A stretch of DNA of 64,000 bases from Octopus sinensis (taxonomy: Eukaryota). Below the pieces are notes generated by a model, which saw only the letters and a list, made by a program, of their open reading frames with translations, made no database searches and had not been told where the DNA came from. Location: the NCBI RefSeq assembly GCF_006345805.1, contig NC_042999.1:55552001-55616000 (forward strand), written 5' to 3'. Below, one piece after another: positions 26,386 through 40,599 of the stretch; position 1 is the first letter of the stretch, and the number at the start of each line of letters is the position of its first letter. A program made the position numbers and the translations under genes.

Positions 26386-26714
26386 CATACACACATACAT
26401 ACATATATAAGAATAAGACACGATTATTTAATTCAACTGCACTTAACATCAAATACTTAGATGTAACCAATCGACAGTTAAAGGAAGGATGATTATAATC
26501 AAATTCTTCTGGTTACGTCTCTCAAAAATACTAAACTAGACGACCTGGCATTTCAAAGTGGACAATAAATATATATTAAGCGGTATTTTAGAGTGGGTGT
26601 GCAATATGACATCTAATGTTGACGTATTTTCGTTTGGAGAATGTAATCAGTTTGCTAATATCTTCAACCCCTGCAGATAGTGCGTGCCTATCTCTACATC
26701 TCTCTGTTTCTCTC

Positions 26715-26761
<47 letters not shown>

Positions 26762-26764
26762 CTG

Positions 26765-26823
<59 letters not shown>

Positions 26824-27232
26824 CTATCTATCTATTTATCTCTTTCTCTATCTATCTATCCCCCACTCTCTCTCTACAAACATACACATATGAACGTGCA
26901 CACAAAAACATATGTGTGCTTGTGCAGGTGTGTGTGAGTAGTGCAGTGCGTCTTTCTAATAAGTAACTACAACTTGATTCTATTCAATTAGTATCAAAAG
27001 CCATCAATAACCTAATTCTATGCAATTGATATGTGTGCGGTTGTGTGTGTGTTTATGCTTGTGCGTATGTATATGTGCATGTGAGTGTGCGCGTCTGTAT
27101 TAGATATTGTTATAAATTTAAAGGTATTCTAAGACTAACAACAAAATATTTACTAATTGTATCATGTTAGACTGAGCTCAGAGTGAAATTTATTGCGAAG
27201 TTCTAATTAACAAGGTTTCAGATTTCACCAGA

Positions 27233-27292
<60 letters not shown>

Positions 27293-27342
27293 ATCTATCT
27301 ATCTATCCACTCTCTCTCTCTATATATATATATATATAAATA

Positions 27343-27433
<91 letters not shown>

Positions 27434-27549
27434 CATCAATTTTTAACAGTTAATCCCTACACATATTTCATCATGTCGAACCGTTAATGCTTTCACATTA
27501 TTTTCTCACTCCGGTTATGTTTCGTTCTCTATCCAATTTTTTCCTCTCA

Positions 27550-27652
27550 CTCATTTATTTTGAAGGGCGTACGTTCGAAACATCATTCCTTTCTTCCCGA
27601 ACGCAAAACTAATACACCTGTTTGTTATACCCTCACCTGACTTCGTCTTTTC

Positions 27653-27660
<8 letters not shown>
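27550..27660 (+). mobile_element. Penelope-type pLTR relic with degenerate hammerhead-like motif
   Basis: tttTGAA GGGC-gtac-GTTC GAAA cat. Downstream ttcccga.c.caaactaa.acac.tg...cacctg.cttcgtctttt is shared with the copy at 58.6-58.8 kb. Confidence 0.5.
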
Positions 27661-27684
<24 letters not shown>

Positions 27685-28549
27685 CATACATACATACATA
27701 CATACATACATACATACATACATACATACATACATACATGTATACATACACCTTCCTAGATTGTCTACTATTTTCTCGGGCACTTTTTAACATTTCGTGA
27801 CACTCGCTCAATTTCTATGGACTTTTTACAAATTCTCTGGGTTTCAAAAGAATTTTGATTCAGTATAGGCAACCGAAGTAGTAATAAATCAAAATACCTA
27901 TCTATGTATGAGTCATGCAGATCACTATTGATACAGTATGCATATATATATATATATATATTGCTGATAGGATAGTTACCGTGGTATTCGTCCAGAGGTA
28001 ATTTCTATTATGAATTTGGTGTTTTAAAATTGCAGATAGATATCAGGATGAAAATTCGCCCTCTGCAGTAGTCAAGGAAAACGCCAGATGGATTTCGGCC
28101 ATTTTGAGACTTTCAAACAACAAACCTGTCTTTTTCGTTAACTGCATGTCAATTTGGAGAGAGTTTTATTCTTGGAATCATCGCCTCTTCTCAAGTGGAG
28201 CTGGTCTTAATTAATTCCCATTTGGTGATTTTGATACATCCTCTATAAGCTGTGAAAGTTTTAACAAATCATGAACTCTTGTATAATGTTTGGCACACCG
28301 GTATTTGTCTATGATATTCAAATATATGCCAATGCACCCATAGAGCTATATATCTTCACTCATTTTGGTTCATGCACGTGTGTGACTTTGTGTATGTGTA
28401 CGTGTGCATATGTGTGTTTGCCTGTGTGTGTGGTTTAAAATTATAAGCAGAAAACAAATTGCTGATGCTTTAAATGTTTCTTTACGGTCGTAGTGGATAA
28501 TCAATGAATAATAATCAATAATTAGTGCATATTATGTTAATACTTAACC

Positions 28550-28607
<58 letters not shown>

Positions 28608-29139
28608 TATAAACGGCGCTCTGTTTGGATGTCTCTTTGTGTCAAGTTGCTGTCTACACCCGTTTATGAATCTTCGTGAAACTTTTTATACATGTTAAAC
28701 CAGCATCCAGTTTGTTACTAGGCTCATTGCAGTTTCATAAAACCTGTAATTGGACAGTTAAGGCCACTAAAAGGCGTCCAGATATAACCCATCTATCTTC
28801 CTTTAACGGCCGAGGGGAAATAACCCGTTCCCTTTTCTTTGTTTATCTCTTTTACCTACTGATCACTTCTCCTTCCATTTATTAGAGAAGCAATATCATT
28901 AGAGTAACCGCTTGCCAGTGGTTACGTTGTATAAATACGTGCCGCCTGGCAGAAATAAATATAAACTTTAGGGGTGAATAAATTACATGAGTAGTTCGTT
29001 TCCAGAATTGTTTTAGAATTTTTTTCTTGTAAAAAGGCGTACAAAACGTAAACATTCGTACCCAAAGCTGAATCATTTAATCTCAGAATAGGTTTTTACA
29101 GAAAAATAAGGGTTCATATATAATGAAGATGACTTCTAT

Positions 29140-30070
29140 TTATGCTGGACGGTATAATGCTTACTTTTCCCGTATAAATTCACTAAAATCATTAAATGGT
29201 TTACTACTTTTTGAAGTCTGACGTTCATGTTGGTAATCACGGCCCGAGCCTTATTGCTTGGAGTTTCTACCTATCACAATGGAACACCATTGACATACAT
29301 AGTGATATGGATATTCCTGACAAAAAAAATGTAATGATATGGATAATCTTGATTGTATGATTTTGTTTGTGTCTGTTTATTACTAGCCACAGTTTTAAGT
29401 TTGTCTCGTACTGTTTACACCAATTTCGAACATTGGCTTCATTAACATTAAAATACATTCCGTCACCTCTGTTGTCACTTTCAGATGCATATTCAGCATA
29501 ATTCAATTCTCCTTCGCATTAAACGATTCATAAGTTCTGCCCATACTGACAAAAACTGTAATGACAAATTTTGAAGTTTGCTTGACATTTTATAAGCGTG
29601 AAAAGGATTAAAATTTTCATGCTCTGTATCAAAGGTTCCCACAAGAATAGACGGAAAACTTGAGACAAGAAGACACTTTCATCTAATCACAAATCAGTTT
29701 AATTGGTCCCCTTCCTCTGTCGGTTGAGTAAAGTGTCATCCAAACTGATATTTATTCGTAATTAAACTTAATTTGCAACACATGTGCACATTTATCAGCT
29801 TCGTTTTTGTTGATAATTCTTATCAACCACTTTTCCTGTGATCGTGATTTGAGAAGGCATACGGCAGTATGCTAAATTCCAATGTGATACCTGTTAAATA
29901 GAAATTATTTTTATTCAATGAAAATTGAATAAAATCTAATCATAAGTAAGTGAAATTATGCTAAATACAACTAAACCTAAAACATTTCCCCCCTCGCCGT
30001 ATCGTCAATTCGGAAAACTTTTATCTGCATAAATTACACAGGTGCGCAAATTACATGGGTTTTCACGGTA
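29140..30070 (-). mobile_element. pogo/Tigger-like DNA transposon relic (Brinker-type DNA-binding domain)
   Basis: ORF 29267-29506 NYAE...NRGDGMYFNVNEANVRNWCKQ resembles the pogo N-terminal BrkDBD. TIR-like end TA|CCGTGAAAACCCATGTAATTTGCGCACC at 30070. The other end is degraded. Confidence 0.65.
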
Positions 30071-30658
30071 TTTAAACTGTCAGTGTTATTTTCGCACTTT
30101 ACCCAGAACAACCTTAAACAAATAAATATTATTTTCCTTAACGATAGATTCACATATTTCGGTTAGTGACTTATTCACCAATATACCATGAATGACGATG
30201 CCTTTCATGTTCCCTGCATGAAGAGCTTTACAGACTTACTTTGAATTGTTATTGTCTCATATCCGCTTTGCCTGTTATTAAGTAACATGCTTCATGATTT
30301 TGGTATACATACCTTATTGATAGTTCCTCCTAAGTTCTAACTATTCTGGGAACGCATTAAAGCCCTTTTCAGGGCTACTTTATTCAAATTATTGCTATCG
30401 GATAGCTACGTTGTACGTTATTACGTAACAGACTTCAAGATTTTGGTATTCATAACATATTGGGATTTCCTACAAACAAGATCGTATATAAGACGCCTCG
30501 GTATTTCCTGTAAATGCACAAAAACCGTTTTAATGTCTACATACTTTGGTCTTGCTGCTATTGGATTAGCGAAACAATAATGAGAACGGGACCAGAGCAT
30601 AAGCCCCTTTTTTCCGGGAATTACTATGTTTCTTATAGATAGGCAGTGAAGGTAAGAA

Positions 30659-30872
<214 letters not shown>

Positions 30873-31614
30873 GAAAATGAATGAAAGACAAGCTGATGCT
30901 ACATATTAGAAACAAAACACACGTATAGATGAAAGGAAATAATACAAGAGAATCTATTTAACATTTACAAATATACATGCGTAGGTGTGTATTCGTACAC
31001 GTGTCAACAAACGGTAACTTTAATAAATCCTATTAGTTTGGAAGATGAAAGATGAATAACCTCTGAAAAATCAGTTTCCAGTCTCTTTCATGTACACGTG
31101 CGTATATAATACGTAGACGTACACATATAGTGAAACTGACTTCGGCCATAGTCAGAAGGCTTCTGATCTTACATTGGGGCCTTACAAATAATTGATAATA
31201 ACATGTACGCCTTTGTCTAAGGTTATAGAGAAGAACGAATGCCAAATGAAAGCTTCAACAGTGGATAAGAATTGACCGGAAATTTTGCGTCGACTTTGCT
31301 TACTGCATGGCACAATGACATACATACAAACACACACACACACATTCACACAAAAATATACACACACATATACGTATGTATATATATACATATATGTATA
31401 TGCAATTAAATAGGAATATATATACATACATAAATATACCTGTATGTATGTTTGAATGTGTCTAGACACATACACACTCACACACACACACACATCAATA
31501 GTTATTCATGGGTATACGTAGGTATGTATACATATATGCATATATTTATGTAAACGGATTAAATATATGATACAATAAAAAATGGACGGAAACGAGATGG
31601 ATAATGTTTGAGAA

Positions 31615-32000
31615 ATACAGTATTAGCATAAGGACTACTATGAAGTCACTTGGAATAGATTCAGAGGACGTAGAACCCCTTGCTTCGGATCGAGCTGGAT
31701 GGCGAACAAAAATGTGGAGTAAGAGCGTTTGAAGAGGCCAGGATAACGCATGCAAGACTCATATGCGAACCCATCGAAAATGAACCTCCACCAACTGTTC
31801 TGCCTGTATGCCAGTGCACACCTTTCAATGCAGTGTATGCCAGAAGGCTTGCAAATCTAACGGAGGACTCAAAAGACATTTTAAGATCCACAAAGAACAG
31901 AACCTATCTGCAGCTCTTGGTGGTTCAAATCGGATATACAATCTATGTGGGTGACTTTTCAAAATATTGTCTGGCTTAAAAAGACACATCAGATGCCATG
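31615..32000 (+). mobile_element. RTE-clade LINE 3' fragment
   Basis: MKSLGIDSEDVEPLASDRAGWR...FEEARITHARL resembles the RTE C-terminal (A.DR..WR) region, followed by a decayed Cys/His motif. Confidence 0.65.
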
Positions 32001-32098
32001 ATGGTTCTAATGTGTAGGTAAAGGAGGTGGACAAACTCTGCATGAGGCGTTGACAGCTACCTTATATGTGCATACGTTTATGTATTCATATAGATAAT

Positions 32099-32381
32099 AC
32101 AGTTCTATATTTAAGAGATGAGGAATTATGTACATTATTTACATTATTTACAATTGACGGATATTTGTCCTAATCTTGTTTGGTGTTAACACAACATTTC
32201 GGCTGATATACCCTCCAACCTTCATCAGGTGTCTTGGGGAAATTTCGAACCTGGGTTCTCATTCCTAAGGTATTTTTCGATGTTGATATTATTATAATTA
32301 TTATTATTCAGGTCACTGCTTGAAATCGAACTCAGAATCTTGGGTTTAGTAACCTGCGCTCTTAACCATTACGTCATATGC
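32099..32381 (-). mobile_element. tRNA-headed SINE-like element carrying a hammerhead ribozyme motif
   Basis: Minus strand: A-box TGACGTAATGG (32376-32366), B-box GAGTTCGATTT (32333-32323), (AAT)n linker, hammerhead motif, then an (aaataatgt)-repeat 3' part. Confidence 0.8.
32188..32233 (-). ncRNA. Minimal type I hammerhead ribozyme motif
   Basis: GACAC CUGAUGA A GGUUG-gagggtatat-CAGCC GAAA U GU U GUGUU: 5-bp stem I, 5-bp stem II, intact core, near-palindromic stem III, GUU triad. Confidence 0.75.
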
Positions 32382-33164
32382 AAACATACACGCTTATATA
32401 TGTATATGCTTATTTCTTGATATATCTCAAGATACAACAATTCATGTTAATAATTTAAGTCTGTTTATCAGTTAACGTGCTAGATGGTCTACCAAATTCA
32501 TACCATTGCCGCAAGGAAATGTCGACGGATGTGTTCATCTCGTTTATCACATGACGCTCATCTATATATTTTCTGTTTATTTGTATGTATTATGAAACAT
32601 ATGATCTTTTAGCATCTGCTCTTGGCCGTCTTTTCAGTGAAGTTATAGTAATATTATAAACTTTAAATGTTTGCTATCATGTTTATATATATACATTTAT
32701 ATATACAAAATATGTTTGTATCTGTATCAGTGAGTGTATGTGATAACAAGCTTCATATTACTCGACGTTTCATAGGCACAGATATGTCTCTAAATCTTCA
32801 TACATGCGATGTCAGATTCAGTACTTCTGAAGATGTAGTCACATGCGAAATTTTGAGTATTCTGAGAACTTGTTTTCCATATGTACTAATTCCCAGATCC
32901 AATCTTTTCTTTGTATATACGCCGCAAGTATTCGGTGATTATCTTTCATAGAACTTAATACAATGGGCAGAGTAAATAGAGCCGTTCATACTATATGAAA
33001 CAGCAACTGTGTATTCCAGTAGATAGCGAATATTAGATATGATAAACATACACATATCTGTATGTATCTATACATACATAAATACGTCAGATGTATATAC
33101 ACGGTAATATATATACGCATTTGTGCTTGTATACATACAAGCATAGATACATACACAGACACAG

Positions 33165-33216
<52 letters not shown>

Positions 33217-33446
33217 TAAATTCAGATCATATTATAACAGATATCATTGACGACAAAAAATAATCATTGTTTAAAACAATGCTAAAATCTGAATACGAAT
33301 AAAGTTATTAAATTATGTATCTGCATATACATACATACATACATAAATACATATATATACACATACACACACATATAAATATATATATATACATATACAT
33401 ATATATGCATGTATGTCTATTTGTGTGTGTATGTATATATACATAC

Positions 33447-33548
<102 letters not shown>

Positions 33549-34539
33549 GTATAGGTATATATATATATAGGTATATATGTATATTCAGTATATATTTATG
33601 TGCAAACTTATATGTAGCAAACTCTCTATTCTCTATACACACTGACGCGTGTACACCCATACACACGCAAACCCATGCGCAAACACACACACGCACACAC
33701 ACACGCGCACACACATACACTCAGACACGCACACTCGTAATTAATCGATGTATATCGAAACCATTTGTAGTAACGGAAATGGAGTTAAGAGGTTTATAAT
33801 AAAACGTAGCAACAACAATAATAATAAAATGATCAACAACAACAACAACAACAACAAAAATAATAAATAACAGCATGCAAATACAATATAGAAATACCTG
33901 AGAGCACCGAAAAAGAAAGAGCACAGCGGTAAACTTCTCGTAGAATCTATATAAAATACTGAAGCGTTCATTTATTTATTTATCTAGTGACTGAATTATT
34001 TTGAATACTTCATGTTCAGATTTTTGAAAACGAAATCAGCAAATAGATAAGGTAAAAAGAAACAAAACAAAACAAAGAAACATTGTTTTTGCACTGTTAA
34101 AATATGTCTGATTGCTACAAAATTTTCAATATCTCTATTCAATCCATTAGATGTTCAATGAGGCTGAAATAATACTTAAAAGTTGAAAGTCTTTAAGATC
34201 AAAAGAAATCTAGTTACTTGAGGGTGGCGGACGTTTCGTAAGAGAAAATGCATTGCTCTCATTTATATATTTGTCTATATTGTTTATTTATTTACCTGTT
34301 ATTTATTTATATATTTATCTATTTATCTATTATGTATTGCTACCTTTTAATTTGTTTTGTTTATTTTTTTATATTCTGTTCTCTTTTACTTGTCTCTCTT
34401 TTCCTTATTCTTGTCCCCCTCTTTCTCTCCCTTTCTCAGTCTTTCTTTCACTTTCTCTCTTTCGCTGTATATCTATCAGTATGTCTATTCGTATAAATGT
34501 ATTTCCGTCGAATAATTACGTCTTTGTAATGTTATAATC

Positions 34540-34945
34540 GCAATCCCACTCCTCCTACCCACCACCAACCCCTCCTGCACCACTTCCTCCTCCACCACCT
34601 CCGCCTCCTCCACCACCACCTCATTATTATCATGATCATCTGCAGCATCATTATCAACCTCAGCATCAGCGGCGTTATAATCATCGAGATTACTATCATT
34701 ATCATTATTATTATCATGGTCAACGCCATTCTTCTTCTTCTTCTTCTTCTTCTTCTTCTTCTTCTTCTTCTTCTTCTTCTTCTTCTTCTTCTTCTTCTTC
34801 TTCTTCTTCTTCTTCTTCTTTCTTCTTTTTTCTTCTTCTTCTTCTTCTCCTTCTTTTTCTTCTTCTTTTCTTCTTCTTCTTCGTATTATTACTGTGACTA
34901 GTATTATTTGTATTACAGTTGCCTTTAGTAATATTTTCATTTACT

Positions 34946-34981
<36 letters not shown>

Positions 34982-35100
34982 GTTATCGTTGCTGTTATTG
35001 CTTTTCTTGTTGATGTCGTTGTTATAGTCGTTTCTGTTGTTGTTTATACCTTAGTACTTGTTGTTGTTGTTGCTGTTGTCGTTCATGGTGATGATGTTTA
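34540..35100. repeat. Compound trinucleotide tract (CCA/CCT, ATC, TTC, GTT)
   Basis: Direct reading; this is the source of the poly-K/E/L/I ORFs. Confidence 0.9.
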
Positions 35101-35394
35101 CCTATTGGTACATCCCTGCGTTTTTCCAGCGTTTTTTCTTTCTTCCAGTTCCGGTTTTTTTTTCATTGCATCACCACCACTACCCCACCGAAGTACACCA
35201 GTATTTTCTCTATATCTGTATTGCTTTGTTTTGGAGTGGGAATTGGGTGTATTTACGTTATATCTATTAATATTGTTTGCTGTGAAAATTATTGTTTTTC
35301 GAGCTACTTTAAGGTTTCCCGCGTTTATTGTGCAATCTTTATAGCATTTGGTGGCTGCTTGCGTAGGATATGTACTGTGTAAATGAATGTGTAT

Positions 35395-35442
<48 letters not shown>

Positions 35443-37150
35443 TATATGTAAGTATGTATATGTATGTATGTCTGTGTGTATTTATGTATGTAGGTTTATG
35501 TTTTGTATATCTGTATGTATGTACGTATTGTTTGTATTAGTTTAGTATAAAGTGTAAGTTGTCCAACGTTGCAGATAGCTTAATACAAAGAATACAAGTC
35601 TGGGATCTGTACAGCAACTTAAAGGCAGGAATTCTAGGCAGGAAAACGTTACTGGAAATTGCGTTTTTTCATGCAAAAGCATACTGCTACCAGATAAGGG
35701 AAGTATGGATTGGAAGATGGCTATTATAATAAATATAGATAAACAGTGGGTAGAGTTAACAAGAAAACATAATAAACAAAGCAAAAAAAGAAGAAACAAA
35801 TTTAAAATATTGGAATAAAGAATGTGTGTGACTGAATGATAAGGAATGCCTTGTAGGAAACTGAAAGTTGGTATCGATCATGATACGATGTTTACATGAT
35901 GTATTGACGATATGTCAGGTTCCCATATTGCAGTGGCACAGTGTGGTAATTAAACAGTAATACAGTCTTTTATGTAAGTCAACGTTATGGGTTGTGATGT
36001 CTTATTCATGGCTTTCGTATATCTGAGTCGTTGTATTCTAAGGACTTTCCAACCTCTCGTGCGTGGTAAAATCTGTATGTCAAATTAAAGATAAAAACGA
36101 AACATAAATATAAACACACAAGTATGTTGTGCTGGTCTCATTGTCGAGGGGATGTAGTATGTACCAGTAGAATATTCATGCCCTATGGAACTATGGCTTT
36201 TGATGTTTATTTCTACGAAGTGTGGGATTATACATCCCCGCCGACACACACACACACGCGCTTCCTTTTAAATTGTCATAGCTTCCATTTATTCCTTCGC
36301 ATCTCACAGATTAGAATTGTTAGTACGTTTTTGCGGATAAACTCTAGTCTTGTGTTATTTTTACGAAGCCTTCAATCTCAGCTTTAAGCAGGCACAGCTA
36401 AGTTATTTTTGGTTTGGCTTACCTTAATCATGCCTATTTTTGCCAAATTCTGAATGAACAAGGAGTTAGTTTTGTCACCTGCCTTTATGTAATAGGCATT
36501 TTTTTGTTTGTGTGTTTGTTTCATACTGTTTAGTGCCATTATTGGCTTAACATTTTCCCCTGCTTGTATACTGCCCTTATCTTTATTTCTCTGTGTATAT
36601 CCAACTCCTACGAGCGACCTGATTGCTTCCTTATCTCGAGAAAATGGTTTTTCGTTTTTCTCACGTTCTCCAATTAATTTGTAAGATTTCTTTTTATTTT
36701 GTATTTGATTTTTTTTTTATAGTCTTGCTGCAGTTACTTTATAATTCAAGACTTGTATGAATTCCCTTCTGCTATTATAGCTGTAGTGAACAGAGAGCGT
36801 TTATAGCAGATTTAGAGTAATATGTTACATACCCAGTAAGGAGCTACTTTCCGCTTATATTTTGAATCAATTTATAATAAACAGAGACCCAGTGTGTCAG
36901 TGATCGGATGGAATATGCATTATACATCTTATCTTTTACCTTTTATTTTTAATCTTTTATTCATTCCAGTCTTCAGATTGCGGCAATCTTGAAGAACTTA
37001 TAGTCAAATGAATCGATCCCAGTACTTGCTTTTAAAGCTTGATACTTATTCTATCAATCTATTTTGCCGTATCAGTCTTGTTACATAAACATAGCAACAC
37101 CGGTCGTCAAGCTTTGGTGGAGAACATCCTGAGATACATACACACACACG

Positions 37151-37189
<39 letters not shown>

Positions 37190-37747
37190 GTGTGTGTATT
37201 TGTGTATACAAAGAGCCTTTTTCAGTTTCCATGTATCAAATCCACAAGGTTTTATTCAGGTTCGAGGCTATAGTAGAATGCACTTCTTACCACACAGCCA
37301 CGCCTGCGCCTATACTATATACAACATACCGTTTTTGATGGCATAATACATGCACTATTTTAAAATAAATGTCTCAAAAAATCCCCCCGGCTCTTGTATG
37401 CCATGTTTAATCCCGCATAAGCTAAATTTGTACCTGATGCTCTTTTTCCTGAATATAAACTGCTTAGTACGCCTGCGCTCCTTTTATGCCATCAAGTACG
37501 GTATATATTAGTTTCAGTGATTAGAATCTGAGCATGGCAAGGTCCCTACATACAAGATTTACAATCGATCATATCGACCCCAATATTTATTTTATTCTGG
37601 TATGTGCTTTAAATGATCTCTACATTAGGCTTTCGATAGTTTCAGTAAATCAAATTCCATTACTATGTAACCAGATGATCTGAAGGTAGAGTAGAAGATA
37701 GGGAAAATACCGCTCACTAGGAGGAATTCTGAATTAAAGTTTGTGGC

Positions 37748-38269
37748 TATATCAGGCAGTTTCTCTCGTGGTTTCTCATCTTAACTGATTGGAAGTGTTA
37801 TCATGTACATGCTTTCTCTTGGTGTAAAAGATGGGTTATAACAAATATTCTGCTCAATGCCACAGAATTGTTTGTCAGTTGTTTGACCTTAACCAGTTGA
37901 GCATGTCCATGAATGGCTGGCGATATGTGCATCTCCGATCACGAGCAGAGGTAGTGGAGGAGCATCGTAGTCATAAGTTAAAAGGAATTCTTTGGTGTTG
38001 GGATAATTCACCACTGGAAGCAGAAGTGTTTCGTTCAACATCCTTATCAGCTCTTATTCAGGGACATTTTGAGCGGGATGGGCTACTTAACCTGAGGGAA
38101 ATTCTAAATGGGTCCCACTTGCAAGGTCAAGCTCTGTTAAACTTCATATGAGATCACCATATGTATGTGCCTGGGTACGCTTAACAGACGGATAGCCATG
38201 ATGGATATATTGGGCTTCGTATATTTGTACCCCTGTGTCACTTTGATGGCATGTGTTGTTCTGTCACTC
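37748..38269 (+). mobile_element. Non-coding (AAT)n-tailed element (copy 2)
   Basis: Aligns end to end with 21612-22162. Confidence 0.85.
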
Positions 38270-38363
38270 AATAATAATGATGATGATAATGATGATGATG
38301 ATGATAATAATAATAATAATGATAATAATGATAATAATGATAATCTTAATAATAATAATGATG

Positions 38364-38424
<61 letters not shown>

Positions 38425-38509
38425 TAATTATTATTATTATTATTATTATTATTATAATTATAATAATGATAATAATAATAATAATAATAATGATAATAAT
38501 AATAACCCT

Positions 38510-38725
38510 TTCTACTATCGGTACAAGGACTTAATTTTTTTTTGTGTTGGAAGACTGGTCGATTACATCGCTCCCAGTGTTTCACTGGTACTTAATTTAT
38601 CGATCCCGAAAGGATGAAAGGCAAATTCGACCTCGGCGTAATTTGAACTCAGAACGTATCGGACGGGCGAAATACTGCTAAGCATTTCGTCGAGCGTGCT
38701 AACGATTCGGCCAGCTCGCCGCCTT
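38510..38725 (-). mobile_element. tRNA-derived SINE
   Basis: Reverse complement of the 17336 family. Confidence 0.8.
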
Positions 38726-38760
38726 AATAATAACAATAATAATAATAATCATATTCAACC

Positions 38761-38834
<74 letters not shown>

Positions 38835-39319
38835 TCATATATACATATACGCTTATATACATATATATACATACACATACGTATGTATGTACATATGTGA
38901 ATGTGTGTGTGTGTGTGTGTGTGTGTATGTGACTGGCTGGATGTGTGTATGACTCCTTATTCAACCTCACTGATCGTTCCCGATCATTAGCTGATTTGAT
39001 GCTTACTTTGTTATCTTCCTCATGTTGTTGCAGTCTTAATACAATTACCGTGCCTTACGTTCTTACACATGTCTTTACTAAATCCCTTGGCTATTTGTTA
39101 CTTGACTAAATATTCCGTTGACTAAATTTACACGTCATCAACATACAAGGGATGATTTATTAGGACTCTATTCAATTTTTATAGTTACATTAGATCCATT
39201 AGCGATGACATTACGGCTACAAGTGTATAGTGAAGGGATAAATCTCAATGGAATATTAGAATTCATAGATGTATATTGTCATTAATCGCTTTCTTTCCTT
39301 TATGTTATTGTTTTAGCTT

Positions 39320-39740
39320 CAACCAGCAAGCTGGCAAAGTCATTAGAGTGACAAAAGAAATACTTGCTGGATTATATTTCCGGCCCTTTCGTTCTGAGTT
39401 CAAATTCCACTGAGGTCCACTTTGCTTTTCATCCTTCAGGGTTTTTAAAATAGGTGTTAGTCAAGTAGTGATGTCGATGTAATCGATTAGACCCCCATCC
39501 ACGAAATTTCAAGCCTTATACCAGCAATAGAAATAATAATTGTTTGAATTTTGGTACAAGGCCAGCAAATTCAGCGGAGTGGTTAAGTTGATTACATGCA
39601 ACCCATGCACAATTGGTACTTATATTATCGACTCCGAAGGATGAAAAGCAAATTCTACCTCGGCGGCATTTGAACTCAGAATGCAAAGATAGACGAAGTT
39701 CCGCTAAGCATCTTGCCATACAGTTTTGCCAGCATGCTTC
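39320..39740. mobile_element. Tail-to-tail pair of tRNA-derived SINEs (+39320-39535, -39550-39740)
   Basis: Same family motifs in opposite orientations. Confidence 0.75.
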
Positions 39741-40010
39741 CTGAAATGAATGGATGAATAAATAAATAACTTAATTAATAAATAATAATAATAATGATGG
39801 TTTCAAATTTTGGCACTAGGTCAGCGATTTCAGGGACGGGTCGAGTCGGATACATCGACTCAAATTTACACCCGTTTGATGTGAAATGCTCCGTTAGGTC
39901 CGCGGAACCGCTGTTATTTTGCCTGACGTCGTACCTGAGTCCGTTAAATCTTTTTGTTCCCATAAATCATTTGCCATGGTGGAAAGTAAACGAAATCATT
40001 ATAATTATCA

Positions 40011-40250
40011 TTGAGTAAGAGAGCAGTGCATGCCATCAAAATGACACTGGGGTAAAATATACGAAGACCAATATATCCATCATGATTATCCGTTTGATAA
40101 GGGTACACCGGGCACATGCATCACAGCCATATGTGCGCGACATGCTGATCTTGTATCAAGATAAACAGTACATGACCTCGCAGGTGTAGCCCAGTTAGAA
40201 TTTTCTTCCGGTTGAATAGCCCATCCTGCTCAAAAGGTCCCTGAATAATG
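40011..40250 (-). mobile_element. Non-coding (AAT)n-tailed element (copy 3, partial)
   Basis: Reverse complement of the 3' half of 21612-22162. Confidence 0.8.
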
Positions 40251-40309
40251 TTTTTTAAGCAAGAACAAAACATCAAAGTTTCCAGAGGTGAACTATTCAA
40301 CCCCTATCG

Positions 40310-40590
40310 CTAAGGCTACCATACAATGAAACATTGCCTGGCCTTCCTGGCCGAAAGATGCGACAGGGCGACCTGCACGATAGACTTAGCAGATAGCCGG
40401 ATCCGTCTTACACGCGACGGTAGGTGTTCAATATAAACCCACAAATCAGCAATATTCGAATACTGGATGAGAGCAGTTTCGTCGTTCTGCGTGCAACTCG
40501 GTCAAGCTCGGCTGACAGCACATCCATGTCCGTAGAGTTTGGCCCGAACCGGCAATGCTCCTCGGTAGCACTGCCAGGTCAGGGATTTGT
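40310..40590 (-). mobile_element. Tx1-like LINE fragment (zinc-knuckle region)
   Basis: SLTWQCYRGALPVRAKLYGHG...CTQNDETALIQ...ADLWVYIEHL, homologous to 45950-46250. Confidence 0.75.
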
Positions 40591-40599
40591 TATTAATAT

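Noticed and set aside
34485-35344. Poly-K/E/L/I ORFs
   Set aside because: Compound trinucleotide repeats.
39955-39970. TGATTTATGG Pbx-Hox-like site (minus strand)
   Set aside because: A single short motif between repeats is expected by chance in 64 kb of AT-rich DNA.
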